Source of the DNA: a virus
Taxonomy: Duplodnaviria > Caudoviricetes
IMG/VR virus record: IMGVR_UViG_3300025030_001424
Location: 1-26,260 of that record
DNA length: 26,260 nucleotides
Direction: 5' to 3' (one strand)
The notes under the pieces are model-generated. The model saw only the letters and a program-made list of their open reading frames with translations. It made no database searches and was not told the DNA's origin. The translations under genes were made by a program, and so were the position numbers. Positions 10,123 to 17,099 of the stretch are shown in pieces (within the stretch, counting starts at the first letter, position 1; each line of letters opens with the position of its first letter).

Positions 10123-11154
10123 ATGCCTACATATCAATATGTAAACAAAACGGGACAGCTGGCGACAGTCGAGGCGAAAGATTCGGCTTCGGCTCTTGCC
10201 GCCGTTAAAAGTGTAGCCGACCCTCATAGTGGAGTATCACTTGTTACTGGAGCGGCAGCAACTCCGGTTGCTGCTCCCGCAGCGACAACAGCAATACCAT
10301 CCGGTACACTTCCGGCTCTTACTCCCCCAACTCCACCGACATTAAACGTAACTGGCACAGCAACTAATCCTTTGCCGGAAGTACCTACTCCGCAGTTCAC
10401 TAATCTAGGAAATCTCAAAGCTTCTCTTAGAGATGCCTTAAACGAAGCCGCTCGGGCCCGAGTAGAAAGTAACTATAAACAGGTGGCTCCACTCTCTAAA
10501 AATATTCCCGGCACGATGGGATCAATCGTTGACCTGATCAGAGGTGGTATTAAAACTCCGGTAGAGACAACTTTTAGCGATATTGTCGGGACTTTCAGAG
10601 AAACGAACGAAGCTAAAACCAGAAGCTACGAACGCGCCCAAGACGCACGAGAAAGGCAGTACGACAGACTGATCAGCATCCAGAGTGAAGAGAATCGGGT
10701 AAAGTTGCAAATTTATGATCGGGAACTGGCTCTTTATGAAAGTCAGGTAGCGGATAAAAAACAAGAACGACAAGCTGTTGATAAACTGCGCTTAGAGTTC
10801 GGTTCAATTATACCGGCGGATGCCGATCTTGAAACAGCACTAGCTTATGCCACTCCGGAGGTGGATCGACTATTAAAAGAAGAGCAGAAAGATAAAGGAC
10901 CAACCGCAAAAACTTTGACTCGAACCGATGTTCAACAATTAGGACTTCCAGTTTCTTTGGTAGGAACAACATGGGGAACACTTCAGTCTCAACTTGAAAG
11001 TAATACTCCTCCGGCATGGTTTAGAACAATGATAGAAAATGAACGAAAGCAATCGATCTTGCCAAGTGAGTTAATAACACTCTGGAACGAATTTAGAGGA
11101 GCATTTAATGATACTTTTACCAGTAGCGGAACAGACGACTTCGATAACTTATAA
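10123..11154 (+). CDS. Putative internal virion (ejection) protein 2
   Basis: P/T/A-rich linker followed by coiled coil; assigned by position. Confidence 0.5.
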   Translation: MPTYQYVNKTGQLATVEAKDSASALAAVKSVADPHSGVSLVTGAAATPVAAPAATTAIPSGTLPALTPPTPPTLNVTGTATNPLPEVPTPQFTNLGNLKASLRDALNEAARARVESNYKQVAPLSKNIPGTMGSIVDLIRGGIKTPVETTFSDIVGTFRETNEAKTRSYERAQDARERQYDRLISIQSEENRVKLQIYDRELALYESQVADKKQERQAVDKLRLEFGSIIPADADLETALAYATPEVDRLLKEEQKDKGPTAKTLTRTDVQQLGLPVSLVGTTWGTLQSQLESNTPPAWFRTMIENERKQSILPSELITLWNEFRGAFNDTFTSSGTDDFDNL

Positions 11155-11157
11155 ACT

Positions 11158-14070
11158 ATGCCAGTATCACAGTTTAACGGAATAGCTCAAAGACTTAAAA
11201 GTTTTTTTGAACCTGATCCAGAACAAGTGCGTACTCGCGATGTTATCCGTAACTTGCCAGAAAGCCTTAAAGACGTTGGCACTAAACTCGGAAACTTTTT
11301 TGTTCAAAGCGGGCAAGCAACATGGCGCGGTTATGGAGCTCTGGGACAACTTATCTCAACCAGAGGGGAATCTTCAGAGTTTATGCCTCAAGGACAATTT
11401 CAAAAAAAACTTTTTGGCACTGACCAATCTTTTAGCTTAAGATCAGTCGGAGAAGAAATTCCCGGCGTTAAGGGAAGAAAAGCTGCTCCTTTCGTCGGTG
11501 CTGCTTTGGGAATTTCTGACCTTATCCCGGGAGGCAGTCAAGCTAAACAAGGTCTTAAACTTTTAAGGGAAGTCAACAAGACAGACGACGCTTTTAAAAT
11601 ATTAAAAAGTGCTTTTAAGTTCTCAGATGATATTGCTAAAAAATATGCTCCTAAGTTTGCCAGTCTTACTGACGAAGCAAAAATTTCTGGGCTACTTGAC
11701 GAGGCGGTCAAAGAAACTGGATCTATAGCAAAAAAGGGGAAAAGAGTCGCTCAAACACTGCGAGAACGAGGGTTCGTCACTAGCGTCAAAGAGGCTTTTC
11801 CTGATGCTTCTTCTAAAGTAGCCGGTCAGTATATTCCTAAACCAAATGATGAGTTAGTAAGAACAGCCAGAAAACTTATCCAAGATGACTTTTTAAAAGC
11901 GGAACATCTGGCTAAAACCGGGATTGACGACGTTGCCGTCGCCACAGCTGATGAACTTATAAGACATTATGCTGACGCGGCTGCTAATGCCTCGGATACT
12001 CTCATTAAAGCTTCTATGGAGGATAAGATGGCCGAAATAGTAAACCCTTTAGCCAAAGCTTTGACTGAACACGGACGATCGGTCCAAGCCGCTTCACTTT
12101 TAGGAAAGATGACTCCTGAGGGACAAATACGTTTTGCCGCTCGAGAAATCCAGAAATATAATGAGATAGTTAAACAAACAAAGCTTCCCTTCATGAAAGA
12201 GATACCGGAATTAACTGGCAAACAGATTGGAACCATAACTGACAAAATGAACGAAATTGCCAGTCTTCCCGACGGCATACAAAAAGCTGAAGAATTTCAG
12301 AAACTACAAAAAGAAATTTTTGAAATGGTGCCATCTCCTCTTTTCAAAAAGATTGTCACTGTTTGGAAAGCGGGACTTTTGACGGGAATAAAAACAAGCG
12401 GTTTAAACATTTTTGCTAATGTGTCTCATGCTATAACTGAAACAGCAAAAGATGTACCAGCCGCCATAGTAGATAGCGTAGCCTCTCTTTTTACCGGTAA
12501 ACGTACTCTAGCTTTTACTTTGAAAGGGACAGGTAGTGGAATAACTGAAGGATTTGAAAAAGGTTGGAAGTTTTTCAGATCTGGATTTGACGAAAGAAAC
12601 ATTGCTCAAAAATTTGACTACAAAAATGTCAGTTTCGGCAAGAGTGTTTTCGCCAGAAGCATCAAAAAATACGAAGAAACCATTTTTAGAATTCTGGGAG
12701 CAGAAGATCAACCCTTTTATTATGGAGCTAAAGCTCGATCACTCTATTCACAAGCCATTGCTCAAGGAAAAAACCTCGGTCTTAAGGCAGACGAACTAAC
12801 TGAATTCGTTTCCGACATGGTTAAAAGCCCAACTGACGACATGCTCAAATATGCCGCAGTCGACGCTGAAACGGCCGTGTTTCAAAATAAAACAGCTCTT
12901 GGCAAGGCGGCTCGAGCTATACAGAAAATAGGAGGGGAACGATTCCCGATAGGAGAAATATTTGTGCCTTTCTCGCGCACTCCTTCATCTGTTGCTACAC
13001 AAGTAATTAATTATTCTCCTGTTGGGTTAGTTAAAACTATTGTACAAAATATGGGTAAAGGTAAATTTGACCAGCGTCTCTTTGCTCAAGGCATGGGGAG
13101 AGGGATTACTGGCACCGGCTTTTTGTATCTTGGAACAAAACTCTATGATAACGATCTCGTTACTCTCGATTACCCCAAAGGAGAAAGAGAACAAGAGGTT
13201 CTTAAAGCTGAAGGTAGAAAACCAAATACAATTAAAATTGGTGATAAATGGCGCTCGATCCAGTCGCTTGGTCCAGCTGGAAGTCTTCTTATAGTAGGAG
13301 CACATTTCCAAGAAGCTTATAAAGATACAGGCAGCCCTATTGCTGGTATCTACAAAGCTTTTACCGGCGGGGCGAAGTCGTTTACGGAACAAACTTTTCT
13401 GCAAGGAGTACGAAGTTTTGTTGAAGCATGGGATGATCCAGAAAGATATGCTGATGCTTATTTCGGCAACCTTCTAGCTTCCGGAGTGCCGACTATTGTC
13501 TCTGACGTTGCTAGAGCAAAGGATGGGACAGAACGCAGAGCACGCACAGCTATTGAACGGGTCAAGGCTCGAACTCCATTCTTACGAGAAGAACTTGAGC
13601 CTCAGGTTGACGTTTTTGGGAAAGAACGGGTAGTCGGGGGAAACTTTTTAGAAACGATGATAGACCCGACTCGTCCTACAAAAGAAATTTCAACTCCTCT
13701 TATTGAAGAATTAAGACGCCTTAGTAAAGCTGGATTCAAAGTTTCTCCGACTTTACTTGGGGACAAGAAGGGGTACTCCGCATTGACTCCAGAACAAAAT
13801 ACTGATCTTCTGAAACGGGCCGGGCAGATTACTGAAAGTAAAATGACAACCTTGATAAACAGTCCAAGATATCAAAAACTGGCTGATGATGAAAAAGCGA
13901 AAAAGATTGATGAGTTTGCCAATAAAGCTAAGATTGTGGCTCGAGCTGAAAAAGTATTGGAGCTAACTCAAGATCTTTCTGGGGAAGCTCTCAAGGAAAA
14001 GTTAGCTGAACTTAAGGCTTCGGGGCTGATGATTAGAGCAGTCTTTGAGAAATACAAAGATTTACGTTAA
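11158..14070 (+). CDS. Large internal virion / DNA ejection protein (P22 gp16 or T7 gp16-like role)
   Basis: 970 aa, helical; PFSRTPSSV resembles the PFxRTPxN motif of large ejection proteins; amphipathic GRGITGTGFLYLG segment; last gene of the structural block. Confidence 0.6.
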   Translation: MPVSQFNGIAQRLKSFFEPDPEQVRTRDVIRNLPESLKDVGTKLGNFFVQSGQATWRGYGALGQLISTRGESSEFMPQGQFQKKLFGTDQSFSLRSVGEEIPGVKGRKAAPFVGAALGISDLIPGGSQAKQGLKLLREVNKTDDAFKILKSAFKFSDDIAKKYAPKFASLTDEAKISGLLDEAVKETGSIAKKGKRVAQTLRERGFVTSVKEAFPDASSKVAGQYIPKPNDELVRTARKLIQDDFLKAEHLAKTGIDDVAVATADELIRHYADAAANASDTLIKASMEDKMAEIVNPLAKALTEHGRSVQAASLLGKMTPEGQIRFAAREIQKYNEIVKQTKLPFMKEIPELTGKQIGTITDKMNEIASLPDGIQKAEEFQKLQKEIFEMVPSPLFKKIVTVWKAGLLTGIKTSGLNIFANVSHAITETAKDVPAAIVDSVASLFTGKRTLAFTLKGTGSGITEGFEKGWKFFRSGFDERNIAQKFDYKNVSFGKSVFARSIKKYEETIFRILGAEDQPFYYGAKARSLYSQAIAQGKNLGLKADELTEFVSDMVKSPTDDMLKYAAVDAETAVFQNKTALGKAARAIQKIGGERFPIGEIFVPFSRTPSSVATQVINYSPVGLVKTIVQNMGKGKFDQRLFAQGMGRGITGTGFLYLGTKLYDNDLVTLDYPKGEREQEVLKAEGRKPNTIKIGDKWRSIQSLGPAGSLLIVGAHFQEAYKDTGSPIAGIYKAFTGGAKSFTEQTFLQGVRSFVEAWDDPERYADAYFGNLLASGVPTIVSDVARAKDGTERRARTAIERVKARTPFLREELEPQVDVFGKERVVGGNFLETMIDPTRPTKEISTPLIEELRRLSKAGFKVSPTLLGDKKGYSALTPEQNTDLLKRAGQITESKMTTLINSPRYQKLADDEKAKKIDEFANKAKIVARAEKVLELTQDLSGEALKEKLAELKASGLMIRAVFEKYKDLR

Positions 14071-14213
14071 TATGGATACGTTACTTCATACTCTTCAGAT
14101 GAACCAACATCAAAAACTCCTAGTAACATGTAGTAACCAGCCCATGCTAGAATAGTGTAACAAGTCAGTATAACTGTCCACCGAAGCGTTTCCTTAATAA
14201 ATTCCTTAACCAT
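14067..14213 (-). CDS. Small single-TM protein, candidate superinfection-exclusion factor (start ATG 14213, or 14219)
   Basis: MVKEFIKETLRWTVILTCYTILAWAGYYMLLGVFDVGSSEEYEVTYPY; the only antisense gene in the late region, with its own consensus promoter. Confidence 0.65.
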   Translation of the reverse strand: MVKEFIKETLRWTVILTCYTILAWAGYYMLLGVFDVGSSEEYEVTYPY

Positions 14214-14222
14214 AGACATGAT

Positions 14223-14252
14223 ATTATATACACAAACGAAATGAAATGTCAA
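14223..14252 (-). promoter_or_regulatory. Consensus sigma70 promoter TTGACA-N18-TATAAT
   Basis: -35 at 14252-14247 and -10 at 14228-14223 on the minus strand; both hexamers are perfect. Confidence 0.85.
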
Positions 14253-14274
14253 TTCATTCCTAAAGAAAAATAGT

Positions 14275-14475
14275 ATGATTAAACCTCAAGAATTTTTTAA
14301 CAAGCAGCATCAGTCAGACCACGATTTGCTCATTAGAATTGATGAGAAACTAGAATTATTTATCAAGGACGGAAAAGACCATGAAATTAGACTTAGAAGA
14401 CTGGAGATGTGGGGAGCTGTTGCAATAGGTGTGTCTTACGCATTACAATTTTATTTTAACTTTTTAAAAACATGA
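14275..14475 (+). CDS. Holin-like / XhlA-like small membrane protein
   Basis: Coiled coil DHDLLIRIDEK...DHEIRLRRLE followed by a C-terminal TM; ATGA overlap with the peptidase gene. Confidence 0.55.
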   Translation: MIKPQEFFNKQHQSDHDLLIRIDEKLELFIKDGKDHEIRLRRLEMWGAVAIGVSYALQFYFNFLKT

Positions 14476-15053
14476 AATATCCATTACCCATCGAAATAGT
14501 CAGAGGTCGTTCGCCTATCGTAACTCAAGAATATGGAGACAAATCTAGTGTCGCTTGGTACAAATCAAAAGGGATAGACCTCAAAGAACACAATGGTACA
14601 GATATAGTTACTGGCGGAGCAGTAGCGACTTATGGAACAAAATTAGTCTGCCCTGTTCCTACAGCTCTACTGGATAAAGTCTACTTTACTACTCCCCTTT
14701 CTACTCAAGGGAATGGTGTTAGAATTAGATGGCGAGATGAGAAAGGATTAAATCAGTGTTTAGTCTGGCACTTATCTGAAACTAACCAACAAGGAGAATA
14801 TAGGGAGAAAGATGTTTTAGGTTACATGGGAAACTCTGGAACTGTCCGACCTGAACCATCTGTTTGGAATGTCCACGCGGGGTCTCATTTGCACCTTATG
14901 ACTTACGTTAATAATGTTTTAGTAGACCCAAGAGAAATCTTTGACTTCACTAAGTGGTATGTCTCAGAAACAGACACCGGACAGGCAAAGGATCTGCCAC
15001 CATTCATCCACTTTCTTAATAAAATCAGAGAATCTTTGTTCGGAATTACATAA
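14472..15053 (+). CDS. M23-family metallopeptidase (probable endolysin)
   Basis: HNGTD (HxxxD), WHLS, GYMGNSG and GSHLH (HxH) motifs; flanked by small TM genes. Confidence 0.88.
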   Translation: MKYPLPIEIVRGRSPIVTQEYGDKSSVAWYKSKGIDLKEHNGTDIVTGGAVATYGTKLVCPVPTALLDKVYFTTPLSTQGNGVRIRWRDEKGLNQCLVWHLSETNQQGEYREKDVLGYMGNSGTVRPEPSVWNVHAGSHLHLMTYVNNVLVDPREIFDFTKWYVSETDTGQAKDLPPFIHFLNKIRESLFGIT

Positions 15054-15106
15054 GCGGTCCGAAACTCGAGACCTTAAACTAAGTATTGATTAGCTAATTA
15101 TAAATT

Positions 15107-15319
15107 ATGGCATATTCATTCACTAGAGGTTTAGGAAAAGGAGCTCTGTCTCTCTTGGCAATTACCGGTTCATTGGTAGCTTTTGCCGGTTTCTCAGACA
15201 TAACGATATGGAGTTTGTTGGAACAATACTTGAGGCCAGTAGTCGGAAGTCTTACTACTGGTGGAGTAATTGTGATGTTGGTCAATTATATTAAGGTGAG
15301 ATCTAAGACAGTGGTATAA
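15107..15319 (+). CDS. Putative holin (2 TM, basic C-terminus)
   Basis: Two hydrophobic segments and a KVRSK tail; follows the endolysin. Confidence 0.6.
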   Translation: MAYSFTRGLGKGALSLLAITGSLVAFAGFSDITIWSLLEQYLRPVVGSLTTGGVIVMLVNYIKVRSKTVV

Positions 15320-15325
15320 CAAAAC

Positions 15326-15454
15326 ATGGAAAACGAACCTGAAAATCCAGAAGAGGAACCGAAAGAAGGACTGGATGAAGAAGTAGATATTATCGAACCT
15401 GAAGAAGATGTCGATTTTCCAGCTGAAGGTGAAATAGATGATGAGGAAGTTTAA
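15326..15454 (+). CDS. 42-aa highly acidic peptide MENEPENPEEEPKEGLDEEVDIIEPEEDVDFPAEGEIDDEEV (not in ORF track)
   Basis: ATG 6 nt after the holin stop; 22 of 42 residues are D/E and only one is K; strong GAA/GAT codon pattern. Confidence 0.75.
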   Translation: MENEPENPEEEPKEGLDEEVDIIEPEEDVDFPAEGEIDDEEV

Positions 15455-15468
15455 TTCGTTTCTCACTC

Positions 15469-15507
15469 CCGTCTTAAAGTAATCTATAATGGGAAACTGT
15501 AAGACGG
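15469..15507 (+). promoter_or_regulatory. -10 box TATAAT (15485-15490) enclosed by an inverted repeat
   Basis: CCGTCTTAAAGT (15469-15480) and ACTGTAAGACGG (15496-15507) are 11/12 complementary; no good -35. Confidence 0.5.
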
Positions 15508-15511
15508 AGGA

Positions 15512-15548
15512 GGGATACGAATTGGTCGTATTCCACTGCTCTTTAACA
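15512..15548 (+). promoter_or_regulatory. Hairpin plus boxA antitermination site (rrn-type nut-like element)
   Basis: 9-bp stem GGGATACGA-attgg-TCGTATTCC (15512-15534), then TGCTCTTTAACA (15537-15548), the rrn boxA consensus bound by NusB/NusE. Confidence 0.75.
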
Positions 15549-15558
15549 AGGAGGATTT

Positions 15559-15669
15559 ATGTGGAAAGTTATCAAAGCAAACTTTCGGTGGTTCTGGCTC
15601 GATGTTCAATATCGGCTAGCCTGTCGCAAAGCAAAAAAAGAATGGCGACATCGAAGATATGGGAGGTGA
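15559..15669 (+). CDS. 36-aa cationic Trp-rich peptide MWKVIKANFRWFWLDVQYRLACRKAKKEWRHRRYGR
   Basis: SD AAGGAGG at 15548-15554; its stop lies inside the next SD (GGAGGTGA). Confidence 0.65.
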   Translation: MWKVIKANFRWFWLDVQYRLACRKAKKEWRHRRYGR

Positions 15670-15672
15670 TAT

Positions 15673-15819
15673 ATGTGCATCTTTTGCGGACACTCCGTCT
15701 GTCCTGATTGTGTGGACTATGCCCCGCTCGATTGGATAAGGTGTTGCTTCTGCAATCGCTGTTTCGCGAAAGGAGAAATGCCATGTACTGCGAAAAAGGA
15801 AAGGCATGGACAAGCCTGA
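15673..15819 (+). CDS. 48-aa Cys-rich peptide MCIFCGHSVCPDCVDYAPLDWIRCCFCNRCFAKGEMPCTAKKERHGQA (putative Zn finger)
   Basis: SD GGAGGTGA at 15662-15669; 9 Cys arranged in CxxC pairs. Confidence 0.65.
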   Translation: MCIFCGHSVCPDCVDYAPLDWIRCCFCNRCFAKGEMPCTAKKERHGQA

Positions 15820-16022
15820 TGCTCCGAGATGACGGCACCTACACTCATTATTGTAGCGGTTGCAGAGATACTCACGATGTGAAATATCCCGTACCAGAAA
15901 AGGAGGAGAAAAATGGAACACCCGATTTGCAAAGTATTCTTCTCGAAGATAAGCCCACAAGACGCATGGACATTATCAGTCGCTTTCGGTCTTCACAGCA
16001 CCGACGAGAGTTGGTACGATGA
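15783..16022 (+). CDS. 79-aa protein MYCEKGKAW...HYCSGCRDTH... (start revised from track ORF 15708)
   Basis: SD AAGGAG at 15770-15775, 7 nt before the ATG; C...CxxC...H Zn-ribbon-like N-terminal half. Confidence 0.55.
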   Translation: MYCEKGKAWTSLMLRDDGTYTHYCSGCRDTHDVKYPVPEKEEKNGTPDLQSILLEDKPTRRMDIISRFRSSQHRRELVR

Positions 16023-16053
16023 CCATTGGAACGATTCCGTTAGTAACTGCTAG
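15913..16053 (+). CDS. 46-aa peptide MEHPICKVFFSKISPQDAWTLSVAFGLHSTDESWYDDHWNDSVSNC
   Basis: SD AAGGAGGAG at 15900-15908; TAG at 16051-16053 just before the 3' hairpins. Confidence 0.6.
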   Translation: MEHPICKVFFSKISPQDAWTLSVAFGLHSTDESWYDDHWNDSVSNC

Positions 16054-16074
16054 TGTTCCTCCCCACGTTCTTTA

Positions 16075-16110
16075 GGAGGGGTAGTCAGATTTGTCTGGCT
16101 CCACCCCTCC
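16075..16110 (+). other. Stable 3' RNA hairpin
   Basis: GGAGGGGT/ACCCCTCC (8 bp) plus AGTCAGA/TCTGGCT (7 bp, one G-U), loop TTTG, CC bulge. Confidence 0.7.
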
Positions 16111-16114
16111 GCCC

Positions 16115-16141
16115 AAATCACAGATTCGTCTGTGGTTTTTT
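16115..16141 (+). terminator. Rho-independent terminator
   Basis: AAATCACAGA-TTCG-TCTGTGGTTT with a UUCG loop, running into a T tract. Confidence 0.8.
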
Positions 16142-16144
16142 GTG

Positions 16145-16153
16145 TGATACAAT
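16145..16153 (+). promoter_or_regulatory. Extended -10 promoter TGATACAAT for khpA
   Basis: TGnTAcAAT directly after the terminator, 32 nt before ATG 16186. Confidence 0.5.
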
Positions 16154-16185
16154 TTAACTAGTTATTAATAATAATAATTTTTGTC

Positions 16186-16461
16186 ATGAATCCTGATCAA
16201 GTTTTTCTTGAAATGGTTGTAAAAGGAATTGTTGATTATCCTGATGATGTGGAAATTAAAAGAACCGTAGACGAAATGGGTGTTCTCTTAGATTTAAAAG
16301 TTAATCCTCTTGATATGGGGAAAGTGATAGGTCGCAGCGGCGTAACTGCTAAAGCGATTAGAACATTGGTTCAAATCATCGGCACTAAAAATAGTGCTCG
16401 GGTATCAATTAAAATTTTTGATCCAAGACCGAGAGAAGTAGGAGTAACTAGACCTGTTTAG
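16186..16461 (+). CDS. khpA: KH-domain RNA-binding protein KhpA (YlqC/UPF0109 family)
   Basis: VKGIVDYPDDV...DMGKVIGRSGVTAKAIRTL, with the GxxG loop of the KhpA family. Confidence 0.9.
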   Translation: MNPDQVFLEMVVKGIVDYPDDVEIKRTVDEMGVLLDLKVNPLDMGKVIGRSGVTAKAIRTLVQIIGTKNSARVSIKIFDPRPREVGVTRPV

Positions 16462-16879
16462 CTTTCCACATCTTATAACAGGTTGGAAATTCATGAGTTA
16501 GATCTACTTCTGGATCATTCATCATCTCTTTGAAAACCTTTACCTGAAGTTCCCCATCAAAAATAACATTCATAATTTCTCCCAGTTCTATGTCCGGTAA
16601 GATATTATATTTTTTAATATAATAATATAAAGTGCCTATTTTAAATTGAAGCAAACCATAAGAAGGAGTACCGTCAGTGTCAGCTTTATTAATAATCTGT
16701 TCGTTTCCACCAGATTCACATTGGATTAAAAAATCAAGAAATTCTTGATGCTTGTATTCTTCTTTAATCACTACTTCTTCCCGTATATAAGTTTCTTGTT
16801 GAGGGACAACCATCGCAATCGTTCCAGCGAAGGTGCTCATACCTGTTAAAAGTAAAAGCAATCCCTTATAGTGTAACAC
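16448..16879 (-). CDS. Membrane-anchored lysozyme-like / lytic transglycosylase domain protein
   Basis: N-terminal hydrophobic segment; LIQCESGGN (catalytic ES) and SYGLLQF motifs. Confidence 0.75.
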   Translation of the reverse strand: MLHYKGLLLLLTGMSTFAGTIAMVVPQQETYIREEVVIKEEYKHQEFLDFLIQCESGGNEQIINKADTDGTPSYGLLQFKIGTLYYYIKKYNILPDIELGEIMNVIFDGELQVKVFKEMMNDPEVDLTHEFPTCYKMWKAKQV

Positions 16880-16883
16880 TATT

Positions 16884-17099
16884 TTATTTTATCATAATTT
16901 TATTATACAGACTCGTAAGTCGAGAAGTCGGTTGACCCTCATGTCTAGCCACAAGCATCTCATCTGTAATTAGTCGCTTAACTTCTTCCTGTCTTTTAGA
17001 AAGCAAACTTTCTGCATACGTTGCCAATCTAGTAATTACATCAGAAGAAGTATCTTCTGGCAATAGTTTTGACAATTCTCTTTTAATTTCGTCTTTCAT
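16884..17099 (-). CDS. Small helical hypothetical protein
   Basis: ATGA-coupled to the upstream gene in a tightly tiled operon. Confidence 0.65.
   Translation of the reverse strand: MKDEIKRELSKLLPEDTSSDVITRLATYAESLLSKRQEEVKRLITDEMLVARHEGQPTSRLTSLYNKIMIK

Noticed and set aside
11158-14070. Tape measure protein
   Set aside because: No tail tube or chaperone genes are present, and the adaptor-nozzle-fibre order indicates a short-tailed phage.
14220-14252. TTG start at 14252 for the antisense membrane ORF
   Set aside because: That TTG is the -35 hexamer of the gene's own promoter.
15312-15320. TGGTATAAC as a promoter for the acidic peptide
   Set aside because: It lacks the conserved last T of the -10 box and overlaps the holin stop codon; co-transcription is the simpler explanation.
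15489-15960. Track ORFs 15489-15707 (+), 15572-15838, 15616-15960 and 15717-15932 (-), and the TTG start at 15708
   Set aside because: The region is better explained by four SD-led + strand ORFs bracketed by boxA and a terminator.
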